Of a stretch of DNA of 46,513 nt, positions 25,030 through 34,222 are shown piece after piece (positions within the stretch are counted from its first letter, which is position 1; every line of letters starts with the position of its first letter). The DNA comes from Bacteroidia bacterium (GTDB lineage Bacteria; Bacteroidota; Bacteroidia; 2-12-FULL-35-15), in contig DASRRA010000072.1 of assembly GCA_035696085.1 (NCBI GenBank), forward strand, positions 1 to 46,513, in the 5' to 3' direction. A program made the translations under genes and the position numbers. The notes under the pieces are model-generated. The model was not told the origin of the DNA. It searched no databases and saw only the letters and a list, made by a program, of their open reading frames with translations.

Positions 25030-26478
25030 TTACCCGTACTTTAATAACCTGAAAATAGCTTTAGGGCTGATCATTCCGGATACAAAGGCCCACCCGACAC
25101 ATGTTAACGTCATTACAACGAAATTGATCATCCAATGGAAGGGAAGTATAATCGTGGCAGCATAATTTATACTGATTACTCCAATGGTAAACATGATAAA
25201 GGTGTTGATAAGCCTGTAATTTACTTTAAATTTAAAAATACGTTGTGCAATTATAACCTGAATAATGGCAGCCGAAAATTGCGTAATCAAGCTAGAAATA
25301 GCTGATCCATAAGCATTTAATTTTGGAATCAAGATAAAATTAAGTGTTATGTTGATGACCATTCCAAATGCAGCCATAATATTCAATTGCCTTAAGTTTC
25401 CATTGGCCGTTAATAAGGTTCCAAAAATATAAGTGGTAGAAACAGCAATAAAACTGAGCATAATCAATCCGAATATTTTAGCCGATTCTTCAATATGTTG
25501 ATCATAAATCAAATCCATGAACTCCCGACTGTAAAAAAAGCAGCTGATACCCACCACCAGTGCAAAAGCAATTAATAACGTACTGATTAGTTTTACAAGT
25601 GACTCTACCGACTCTTTGTATTTCAGCATGCGTGAAAAAATCGGTAGTAGCATCCCGGCTGTCAAAAAGGCGATCATATTGGCTGAATCCAGCATACGGA
25701 AAGCCTGGGCATAGATCCCCGATTGAACATCGCCTACGCCGGCTGGTAATATACGCTCTATCATAACTGTATCGATACGGTTATAAAAGGACATCAGTAG
25801 GGATAATGTAGCGAAGGGAAGACTCTTTTTCAGGATCATTAGGGAAAATGGCCAATTCCAGAAAATTTTGAAAGAATGTGTTTTTCTCAAAACTACTATA
25901 AACACAGCAATAGCAGAGGTCAGGTAAGAGAATGTCTGTGCATATACAAAATACATAATCCCGTCTGGTCTCTTAAATATTTTCATTTTTAACATGAAAA
26001 TACACAGTACAATAAGGATTAACCTGTCAAGTATGGATATAATACTATCTGTTTTAAATAAATGCAATCCGGCTAAATTGGAACGCATGTAGTTGATAAA
26101 AAACAAGAGAAACATATTGAAACCCACAACTAACAACAATTTCATTAATCGGGAATCATAGCCAATGAGCAAGCCCCCAACAACAATAACAACTAAATAA
26201 GCCAATGCCAACACCATTTTTAAGGTGAAGATGGCAGAAAAATGTTTGGTGAGTAGATGGCTGTTTTGGGCAATATTCCTGTTATTGAAATTGGTAATAC
26301 CAAAATCCAGGATAATGGACAGAATAAAACAGAAATTAAAAATCGCAAAATAAACCCCGAAATTCCCGGCCTGTGTATGATTTTGAACTCTCGTCTCAAT
26401 ACCTAACACATAGATGGGCTTAATCGTCAGGTTTACAAATAAAATGAATGCGAGATTGGTCAAAAACTTTTTTTGCAT
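25030..26478 (-). CDS. Wzx-type oligosaccharide flippase (MOP superfamily polysaccharide biosynthesis protein)
   Basis: About 12-14 TM segments, very hydrophobic, size typical of Wzx, located in a polysaccharide gene block. Start set at ATG 26478 (MQKKFLTNL) rather than TTG 26493. Confidence 0.7.
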   Translation of the reverse strand: MQKKFLTNLAFILFVNLTIKPIYVLGIETRVQNHTQAGNFGVYFAIFNFCFILSIILDFGITNFNNRNIAQNSHLLTKHFSAIFTLKMVLALAYLVVIVVGGLLIGYDSRLMKLLLVVGFNMFLLFFINYMRSNLAGLHLFKTDSIISILDRLILIVLCIFMLKMKIFKRPDGIMYFVYAQTFSYLTSAIAVFIVVLRKTHSFKIFWNWPFSLMILKKSLPFATLSLLMSFYNRIDTVMIERILPAGVGDVQSGIYAQAFRMLDSANMIAFLTAGMLLPIFSRMLKYKESVESLVKLISTLLIAFALVVGISCFFYSREFMDLIYDQHIEESAKIFGLIMLSFIAVSTTYIFGTLLTANGNLRQLNIMAAFGMVINITLNFILIPKLNAYGSAISSLITQFSAAIIQVIIAQRIFKFKVNYRLINTFIMFTIGVISINYAATIILPFHWMINFVVMTLTCVGWAFVSGMISPKAIFRLLKYG

Positions 26479-26482
26479 CCGC

Positions 26483-26490
26483 CAAAAATA
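26483..26490 (-). promoter_or_regulatory. -7 box (TATTTTTG on minus strand) 4 nt from the wzx ATG
   Basis: The minus strand reads TATTTTTG-GCGG-ATG. Confidence 0.35.
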
Positions 26491-26574
26491 CAAATTATTA
26501 CCTGTTTACGGTTGTTTTAACAGTTGATTTTAACGTATTCAATAAATCTGAGCGCTTTTAAGCACAAAAAACCG

Positions 26575-26582
26575 TATTCTTG
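26575..26582 (+). promoter_or_regulatory. Near-consensus -7 box TATTCTTG 4 nt from the GT4 ATG
   Basis: Reads TATTCTTG-CGCT-ATG, with one mismatch to TAnnTTTG. Confidence 0.3.
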
Positions 26583-26586
26583 CGCT

Positions 26587-27708
26587 ATGAAAATAGTAGT
26601 CAATACTCGTCTGCTACTCCCTAATAAACTGGAAGGTATCGGATGGTTTACATATGAAGCATTAAAACGCATTACCAGGGCTCACCCCGAACATCATTTC
26701 ATCTTCTTATTTGATCGCAATTTTGATGAGGAGTTTATCTTTAGTGATAACGTTACACCACTTATTCTATCGCCTCCGGCCCGTCATCCCATCCTGTTTT
26801 ACATATGGTTTGAGTGGTCCGTCGCGGGCTTTCTAAATAAATATAAACCGGATCTCTTTCTGTCTCCGGATGGATACCTCTCTTTAAGGACAAAATGCAA
26901 GCAGCTAGCAGTCATTCATGATATTAATTTTGAACATTATCCCAAGGATTTATCCTTCATCGTTCATAAGTACCTGACTCATTTTTTTCCAAAATTTGCA
27001 AAAAAAGCAAGCCGCATCGCCACTGTTTCCGACTATTCCAAAAATGATATCGCTGCCACTTACCAAATCGATCCTCAAAAAATTGATGTGGTATACAATG
27101 GCAGTAATGAACTGTATAAGCCGATAAACAGCACATTACAGGAAGAAACAAAAAAGAAATTTTCTGCGGGTGCTGATTACTTCCTATTTGTCGGTGCATT
27201 GCATCCGCGTAAAAATATAGCCCGCTTGTTTCAGGCCTTTGATAATTTCAAAAACAAAAAGTCTAACCCCATGAAGCTCGTTATTGTGGGGGAGAAATAC
27301 TATTGGACCGCTGAAATCAAACAGGCCTACATCAACATGAAATTCAAGGATGATGTGGTTTTCACGGGTCGTCTTTCAACCGATGATTTGAAATTAGTAC
27401 TCGGTTCGGCCTTTGCATTGACTTATGTCCCGTATTTTGAAGGGTTTGGCATCCCTATCCTGGAGGCCATGAATTGTGATGTACCGGTTATAACCAGCAA
27501 TGTTACGGCTATGCCTGAAATCGCAGCTGGTGCCGCATTATTGGTGAATCCTTTCGATGTTGATTCCATTGCGGATGCACTATCTGATTTATACAGCGAC
27601 CAGCAGCTAAGGACACAACTTATCGAAAAAGGGCGTAAGCGCAGGCTGGATTTCAGCTGGGATAAAACGGCACAAGCGCTTTGGGAAAGCATTGAAAAGT
27701 GTTTATAA
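26587..27708 (+). CDS. Glycosyltransferase family 4
   Basis: The N-terminus MKIVVNTRLL is typical of GT4. C-terminal E-x7-E region present (YFEGFGIPILEAMNCDVPVITSNVTAMPEI). Start set at ATG 26587. Confidence 0.8.
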   Translation: MKIVVNTRLLLPNKLEGIGWFTYEALKRITRAHPEHHFIFLFDRNFDEEFIFSDNVTPLILSPPARHPILFYIWFEWSVAGFLNKYKPDLFLSPDGYLSLRTKCKQLAVIHDINFEHYPKDLSFIVHKYLTHFFPKFAKKASRIATVSDYSKNDIAATYQIDPQKIDVVYNGSNELYKPINSTLQEETKKKFSAGADYFLFVGALHPRKNIARLFQAFDNFKNKKSNPMKLVIVGEKYYWTAEIKQAYINMKFKDDVVFTGRLSTDDLKLVLGSAFALTYVPYFEGFGIPILEAMNCDVPVITSNVTAMPEIAAGAALLVNPFDVDSIADALSDLYSDQQLRTQLIEKGRKRRLDFSWDKTAQALWESIEKCL

Positions 27709-27845
27709 TAACATTGGTTAGCAGTAGCAGTACGCGTGCGAAATGACATAACCGACGCTTCATTACCTAATTTATTTAGCCTTTTTTAATACTCCACACA
27801 CACAAATATTTTGTATCTTTCCGGGCCTAAATTTTTTACGCAACA

Positions 27846-29294
27846 ATGACAATTTACGATAAATACGAGGCCGTTATCGGTTTGGAAGTTCATGCACAGC
27901 TCTCTACAAAAAGTAAAGCTTATTCCAGCGACTCCACAGAATATGGCGTACTACCCAATACCAATGTAAGTGTAATTACACTTGCACATCCCGGCACATT
28001 GCCCAAAGCAAATAAAAAAGTAATTGAGTATGCTGTCAGATTAGGATTAGCCTGCAAAAGCAACATACGTGAGGTGAACGAATACGCCCGAAAAAATTAC
28101 TTCTATGCCGATCTGCCCAAAGGGTATCAGATCACGCAAGATAAAACGCCTATCTGTACAGGTGGTTTTATTACGGTGAAAAAAGAAGATGGGACTGAAA
28201 AACACATCAACATTACCCGCATTCACATGGAAGAGGATGCCGGTAAAAGTATTCACGACATTGATCCTTTTGCAACGCTTGTTGACTTAAACAGAGCCGG
28301 TGTTGCGTTGTTGGAAATTGTGAGCGAACCTGAAATAAGAAGTTCCGATGAGGCCTATCAATACCTGACCGAGGTACGCAAACTGGTTCGCTACCTGGAT
28401 ATTTGCGATGGAAATATGGAAGAAGGTAGTTTGCGCTGTGATGCCAATGTTTCCATTCGTTTGAAAGGAGATCCAAAGCTTGGAAGAAGAACAGAAATTA
28501 AAAATATGAACTCCATTCGCAATGTAAAAGATGCGATTGATGCGGAAATAAAACGCCAGATAGAGGTTGTTGAAAGTGGAAAAGAAATCAGCCAGGATAC
28601 ACTCAACTACAATGCGGCAACAGGTACGATCAAAGTACTTAGAAGCAAGGAAATGGCCAATGATTATCGTTATTTCCCGGAACCGGATCTTCAACCGGTT
28701 GTTGTTTCTCAGGAATATGTTGCAAAAGTAAAAAGCACATTACCACCCTTACCCAACGAATTATTTAAAAAGTATACGTCACTTGGGTTGTCAGCTTATG
28801 ATGCCGGTGTATTAACCGATTCGAAAGAAATTGCACTTTACTTTGAGGAACTGATCACGAAAACAAAAAATGTAAAATCGGCTTCTAACTGGTTGACGGT
28901 TCAAATAAAATCCTATCTGAATGATAATGCCCTGCATATTTCAGAATTTAAAATTACACCAGCTCGCATGGCCGAATTGGTTGATTTAATTGAAAGCGGA
29001 AAAGTTAGCCATACCCTAGCCATTCAAAAAATATTCCCTCAGTTATTGGAAGGCAATGATAAATCTCCTGAAAAAATTGCAGAAGAAAATAACTGGATCC
29101 AGGAAAGTGATAGTACTGCCTTGACCGAAATTGTGAAACAAGCGATTGCAAAATATCCGGAAAAAGTAATTGAATATAAAAACGGCAAAACAACTTTGCT
29201 TGGCCTGTTTATGGGTGAAGTCATGAAGCTTTCAAAAGGAAAAGCCGACCCTAAAGTGGCGACAGGTATTGTAAAAGAATTATTAGATAGTTAA
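27846..29294 (+). CDS. gatB: Asp-tRNA(Asn)/Glu-tRNA(Gln) amidotransferase subunit B
   Basis: GatB N-terminus YEAVIGLEVHAQL, plus NRAGVALLEIVSEPE and CDANVSIR. C-terminal YqeY-like tail. Confidence 0.92.
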   Translation: MTIYDKYEAVIGLEVHAQLSTKSKAYSSDSTEYGVLPNTNVSVITLAHPGTLPKANKKVIEYAVRLGLACKSNIREVNEYARKNYFYADLPKGYQITQDKTPICTGGFITVKKEDGTEKHINITRIHMEEDAGKSIHDIDPFATLVDLNRAGVALLEIVSEPEIRSSDEAYQYLTEVRKLVRYLDICDGNMEEGSLRCDANVSIRLKGDPKLGRRTEIKNMNSIRNVKDAIDAEIKRQIEVVESGKEISQDTLNYNAATGTIKVLRSKEMANDYRYFPEPDLQPVVVSQEYVAKVKSTLPPLPNELFKKYTSLGLSAYDAGVLTDSKEIALYFEELITKTKNVKSASNWLTVQIKSYLNDNALHISEFKITPARMAELVDLIESGKVSHTLAIQKIFPQLLEGNDKSPEKIAEENNWIQESDSTALTEIVKQAIAKYPEKVIEYKNGKTTLLGLFMGEVMKLSKGKADPKVATGIVKELLDS

Positions 29295-29307
29295 AATTTA
29301 AATAAAA

Positions 29308-30438
29308 ATGAAAGTTAAAAAAATAATGCTTGCACTCCCCATTATCCTGTTTGCAGGCTGTTCAAATACGAACTCTGCAAATGGTTTTGAATTAACAGGG
29401 AAACTTAATAATACACACGGAGAAACAATTTATTTGCAGCAATTATCCCCAACTGGTGTAAAAGATTTAGACACTGCAACAGTGGATGAAAAAGGTGAAT
29501 TTAAAATGAGCGCCAAGCTTTCCGAAACCGGATTCTACCGTGTGAAAGTTACCGATAGAAATTTTGCGACATTCGTTTTTAGCCCAAATGAAAAAGCACA
29601 AATTACAGGCGATATTTCAAATCTGGGTGCAACCTATACAGTTGAAGGATCTCCGGACTCTAAATTATTTTGGGAGATCAATAAAACATCCATGTCCAAT
29701 TATGGGAAACGTGACTCTTTACAAAAAGTATTTCAGGGTTTTGTAAACTCCGCTCAAATGGACTCCACACGCATGGATTCTTTAAGCAATTCATTGGAGA
29801 AACAGTATAATGCACTAATCGATCAACACAATCAATATCTTAAAAAATTTATTGAGGCACACACCACCTCTTTTGCATCTCTAGCTGCGATTCAACAATT
29901 ACCACAAGAGCAATTTTCAGATGTGTATAAGAAACTGGATGAAACCTTAATTAAAAAATATCCAAAATCTTCTTACGCGCAATCTTTTCACGAAACATTC
30001 GTGCAACAAAGTAAAATTAGCGTAGGCTCAATGGCACCGGAAATTAATATGAATACACCGGAAGGAACACCTTTACCATTATCATCCCTAAAAGGGAAAG
30101 TGGTATTGATTGATTTTTGGGCGTCCTGGTGCGGACCTTGCCGCGCAGAAAACCCAAATGTTGTAGCTGCTTATAATAAATATTCTTCCAAAGGATTCGA
30201 TATCTATAGTGTATCACTTGACAAAGAACTTGATAAATGGAAACAGGCTATCGCAAAAGATAATTTGGTTTGGAAAAACCATGTCTCCGATCTTAAATTC
30301 TGGCAATCTCCTGTTGTAAAGCTTTATAATTTTGATCATATTCCAATCAATGTGCTCATTGATAAAGAAGGAAAAATTATTGCGAAGGATTTGAGAGGAG
30401 CTGAATTGCAAAAAAAATTAGCTGAAATTTTTAAATAA
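29308..30438 (+). CDS. TlpA/AhpC-TSA-family thiol-disulfide oxidoreductase lipoprotein
   Basis: Lipoprotein signal LPIILFAGC. N-terminal DUF4369-like domain. C-terminal thioredoxin fold with FWASWCGPC. Confidence 0.85.
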   Translation: MKVKKIMLALPIILFAGCSNTNSANGFELTGKLNNTHGETIYLQQLSPTGVKDLDTATVDEKGEFKMSAKLSETGFYRVKVTDRNFATFVFSPNEKAQITGDISNLGATYTVEGSPDSKLFWEINKTSMSNYGKRDSLQKVFQGFVNSAQMDSTRMDSLSNSLEKQYNALIDQHNQYLKKFIEAHTTSFASLAAIQQLPQEQFSDVYKKLDETLIKKYPKSSYAQSFHETFVQQSKISVGSMAPEINMNTPEGTPLPLSSLKGKVVLIDFWASWCGPCRAENPNVVAAYNKYSSKGFDIYSVSLDKELDKWKQAIAKDNLVWKNHVSDLKFWQSPVVKLYNFDHIPINVLIDKEGKIIAKDLRGAELQKKLAEIFK

Positions 30439-30460
30439 CCTCTTACCAGACTCATAAGGA

Positions 30461-33460
30461 ATGAAGCAAAACTATTTCCTAGTTCTCATTGCTATTTTAA
30501 CTGGGCCGTATCTGGCGGCCCAGTCTTATTTCCAGCAAGAAGTAAATTATAACATCACTGTAAAACTGGATGATGTAAACCATACGCTTCAGGCCAATGA
30601 AAGCATTGAATACATCAATCGTTCTCCCAATACGCTTACATTTATTTACATGCATGTATGGCCAAATGCATATAAAGATAACACCACGCCACTGGCTAAA
30701 CAATTATACGACCATGGGGATACGAAATTATATTATGCTACAGCAGAAGAGAGAGGATACATTGATGAACTTGATTTTAAAGTAAATGATCAATCTGTAA
30801 AATGGGAGCTTCTAAAGGATAGTATCGATATCTGTAAAATCTATTTGAATTCCCCCCTATCACCAAATGAAAAAATCGTCATCGCCACTCCTTTTCATGT
30901 AAAAATACCTTCTGGAGAAATTTCCCGCTTAGGACATATCGGCCAGGCATATGCTATTTCTCAATGGTATCCAAAACCGGCAGTGTATGATCAGAACGGA
31001 TGGAACTACATGCCTTATCTCAACCAGGGAGAATTTTATTCAGAATTTGGCAGCTTTGATGTAAGCATTACCCTCCCTAAAAATTATGTGCTGGGTGCCA
31101 CCGGTGATATGGTAAATGGTGAGGAAGAAACAGAATGGTTAACAAAGAAAGCGAATGAAATAAACGACAGCACCGTATTTGATAAGTCGGATATGCACTT
31201 TCCAACATCCGATTCACAAACAAAAACACTTCGCTTTAAACAAAGCAATGTACATGACTTTGCCTGGTTTTGTGACAAACGTTACCATGTAATGAAAGGT
31301 GAAATAGAAACACCCCACACCAAACACAAAGTAACTACCTGGGCTTTCTTTACAAATGCAGAAGCCTATCTCTGGAAAAAAAGTATCTCGTATATCAATG
31401 ATGCGATCTACTATTACTCCTTATGGAATGGTGATTATCCCTATAACCAGTGTACCGCTGTAGATGGTACCATCAGTGCCGGAGGAGGAATGGAATATCC
31501 CAACATCACCATTATTGGAACATCGAGTAATGATTTTTCACTGGATGAAGTGATTGCACATGAGGTAGGACACAATTGGTTTTACGGAATGCTGGGGTCA
31601 AATGAACGTGAGCACGCCTGGATGGATGAAGGAATTAACTCCTTTTATGAATTGCGTTACCTGGAAATAAAATATCCGGATATGCGATTAATTGATCACA
31701 TCCTCGGTGGCAAAAATATCAAATTCCTGGATCTGGCACGTTACAAATACCGCTCTGAAATTTACCTGGCTTATTTATTTTCAGCCTCCACCAATGACGA
31801 TCAGCCTATTGAAACACCCTCCTACGATTTCACCGAAACAAATTACGGTACCTGTGTGTATGAAAAATCTGCACTGGTTTTTAATTACCTCATGACCCAC
31901 ATGGGCGAAAAAAAATTAGATGAGGCCATGCAACAATATTTTAATGAATGGCACTTTAAACATCCTCAGCCCAAAGACTTAAGAAAGATTTTGGAAGATG
32001 CATATGGCAAAGACTTGAATTGGTTTTTTAATGATTTAATCGGAACATCAAAAAAACTGGATTATAAAATTGCATTTGCACATCAGAATGCCGACAAAAC
32101 CTGGGATCTGGGTGTAAAAAACAATGGTGGCGTGAGTAGCCCGCTTTTTATACAAGGCATAAAAGACAATAAACTTGTTGGAGAAATTAATTTTACCGGC
32201 TTCAAAGGGAAACAGGTGCTTATCTTTCCGGCTTCCGAAGTGGATTATTTTAAAATTGATTTTGCAGAAGACATGCCAGAGATCAATAGAAAAAATAACA
32301 CCATCCGCACCAAAGGAATGTTTAAAACCGTTGAACCCCTGAAGTTTCAATTGTTGGGGAGCCTCAATAATCCTAGCAGAACGCAATTATTCTGGTCACC
32401 GGCCTTAGGCTATAACAACTATAATAAATTTATGCTGGGGGCCGCTTTCTACAACAGTATTATCCCTCGTAAAAATTTTGAATTTGAATTGATGCCACTT
32501 TACAGTTTTGGCACCAATGATTTGAATGGATATGCTCATGCTACCTGTACGCACTATTTTGATAAGGGAATTCACAGCTTACAGTTTGGATTTACAGGAG
32601 CCCGTTACGCTCTCAATACAGATCCATTTGACATGAGCTTTAATAAAATAGCACCGGAAGTATCCATTGCATTCAATAAAAAAAGTGCGTGTATATCACA
32701 TACACTTACCTATCGCAACATTAGTATTATCAGAGATGGCGTTCAAAGCAAATTTGAAAACAACCAAACAAATTATTCACGCATCCAGGTCATCACCAAT
32801 TTTAATGACCTTACCTACAACTTAACAAAACGAGATGTCATCTCTCCGTATAGCGCCAGCGTTAATGTACAGCAAGGTGAGCAAATGTGTAAAACCTCGC
32901 TAACGTTAAAATACGCCTACCACTTTAAGAAAAAGAATAAAGGCGTGAATATACGCTTATTTGCCGGAACCTTTATCGGTACTTCCGCTACCAATGCCGG
33001 TCCCTACCGTTTTCGCTTAAGTGGATTAACCGGGTCACAAGATTATCTGTACGATCATATTTTTTTAGGAAGAACAGAAACCCAAGGTGTATTTTCCCAA
33101 CAATTTGCCGAAGCGGATGGTGGATTTAAATTTTATTCACCACTCGGACAAAGCTCCAAATGGTTAACTGCGTTAAATATTAAATCTTCGCTAGGAAATA
33201 TGAAGCTACCATTGTTACTATATGCTGATATTGGCACGTGTTCAAAAGATGCATTAACAAGTGAAGATGTATTATACGATGCAGGGGTTTGCTTATCCAT
33301 TAAGAAAGATGTGTTTGAAGTTTATTTCCCGATTCTCATTTCTCAAAATTTTAAAGACTATAATAAAGCAAATGATTTATCATACGGTGAAACCATCCGT
33401 TTCATGCTGCATTTGAACCTTGTTAACCCATTCTACCTGATCAGAAACCTATCCTTGTAA
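30461..33460 (+). CDS. M1-family zinc metallopeptidase with a long C-terminal extension
   Basis: Signal peptide ending LAAQ. GGMEYPN (a GxMEN variant). HEVGHNWFYG...EHAWMDEG zinc site. About 440 further residues of uncharacterised, strand-rich sequence. Confidence 0.8.
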   Translation: MKQNYFLVLIAILTGPYLAAQSYFQQEVNYNITVKLDDVNHTLQANESIEYINRSPNTLTFIYMHVWPNAYKDNTTPLAKQLYDHGDTKLYYATAEERGYIDELDFKVNDQSVKWELLKDSIDICKIYLNSPLSPNEKIVIATPFHVKIPSGEISRLGHIGQAYAISQWYPKPAVYDQNGWNYMPYLNQGEFYSEFGSFDVSITLPKNYVLGATGDMVNGEEETEWLTKKANEINDSTVFDKSDMHFPTSDSQTKTLRFKQSNVHDFAWFCDKRYHVMKGEIETPHTKHKVTTWAFFTNAEAYLWKKSISYINDAIYYYSLWNGDYPYNQCTAVDGTISAGGGMEYPNITIIGTSSNDFSLDEVIAHEVGHNWFYGMLGSNEREHAWMDEGINSFYELRYLEIKYPDMRLIDHILGGKNIKFLDLARYKYRSEIYLAYLFSASTNDDQPIETPSYDFTETNYGTCVYEKSALVFNYLMTHMGEKKLDEAMQQYFNEWHFKHPQPKDLRKILEDAYGKDLNWFFNDLIGTSKKLDYKIAFAHQNADKTWDLGVKNNGGVSSPLFIQGIKDNKLVGEINFTGFKGKQVLIFPASEVDYFKIDFAEDMPEINRKNNTIRTKGMFKTVEPLKFQLLGSLNNPSRTQLFWSPALGYNNYNKFMLGAAFYNSIIPRKNFEFELMPLYSFGTNDLNGYAHATCTHYFDKGIHSLQFGFTGARYALNTDPFDMSFNKIAPEVSIAFNKKSACISHTLTYRNISIIRDGVQSKFENNQTNYSRIQVITNFNDLTYNLTKRDVISPYSASVNVQQGEQMCKTSLTLKYAYHFKKKNKGVNIRLFAGTFIGTSATNAGPYRFRLSGLTGSQDYLYDHIFLGRTETQGVFSQQFAEADGGFKFYSPLGQSSKWLTALNIKSSLGNMKLPLLLYADIGTCSKDALTSEDVLYDAGVCLSIKKDVFEVYFPILISQNFKDYNKANDLSYGETIRFMLHLNLVNPFYLIRNLSL

Positions 33461-34222
33461 TTGAAAGCGAATAAAAAAATATACTTTGCATCTGATTTTC
33501 ACCTGGGCGTTCCGTCAAAGGAAGACAGCCTGATCCGTGAAAAAAAAATTGTAAAATGGCTGGATGAAATTAAATCCGATGCAGAAGAAATTTACTTAAT
33601 GGGGGATTTATTTGATTTTTGGTTTGAATACAAATACACCGTTCCCAAAGGATTTGTTCGCCTACTCGGAAAGATTGCAGAAATTGTGGATTCCGGAATT
33701 CCGGTAATACTCTTCACCGGAAATCATGATATGTGGATGTTTGATTACCTGCCACAGGAAATTGGTGTAAGCATTTACAGAGATCCTATCACGCGTACAT
33801 ACAATGGCAAAAAATTTTATTTAGGTCATGGAGACGGCTTAGGCCCAGGCGATCATGGCTATAAATTCATTAAACGTGTTTTTGCCAATCCTGTTTGTCA
33901 ATGGCTGTTCGAGCGATTACATCCCAATTTTGCACTACGCATTGCCAATTACTGGTCACATAAAAGCCGTATCTCCAATGCTCCCAAAGATGAGCAGTTC
34001 AAAGGAGAAGATGGTGAATGGCTGGTTTCATATTCAAAAGATGTATTAAAAAAAGAACACTTTGATTACTTTATTTTTGGTCACCGGCATTTACCACTTG
34101 ATATAAAGCTTTCTGACAACAGCAGATACATCAATCTGGGAGAATGGGTGAATCACTACAGTTATGCAGTGTTTGATGGAGAGAAGCTGGAGTTGAAATA
34201 TTATTCCTCAGATAAAATTTAA
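33461..34222 (+). CDS. lpxH: UDP-2,3-diacylglucosamine diphosphatase LpxH (calcineurin-like metallophosphoesterase)
   Basis: Motifs YFASDFHLG, GDLFDFWFEY, TGNHD, GHGD and GHRH. TTG start directly abuts the upstream TAA. Confidence 0.8.
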   Translation: MKANKKIYFASDFHLGVPSKEDSLIREKKIVKWLDEIKSDAEEIYLMGDLFDFWFEYKYTVPKGFVRLLGKIAEIVDSGIPVILFTGNHDMWMFDYLPQEIGVSIYRDPITRTYNGKKFYLGHGDGLGPGDHGYKFIKRVFANPVCQWLFERLHPNFALRIANYWSHKSRISNAPKDEQFKGEDGEWLVSYSKDVLKKEHFDYFIFGHRHLPLDIKLSDNSRYINLGEWVNHYSYAVFDGEKLELKYYSSDKI

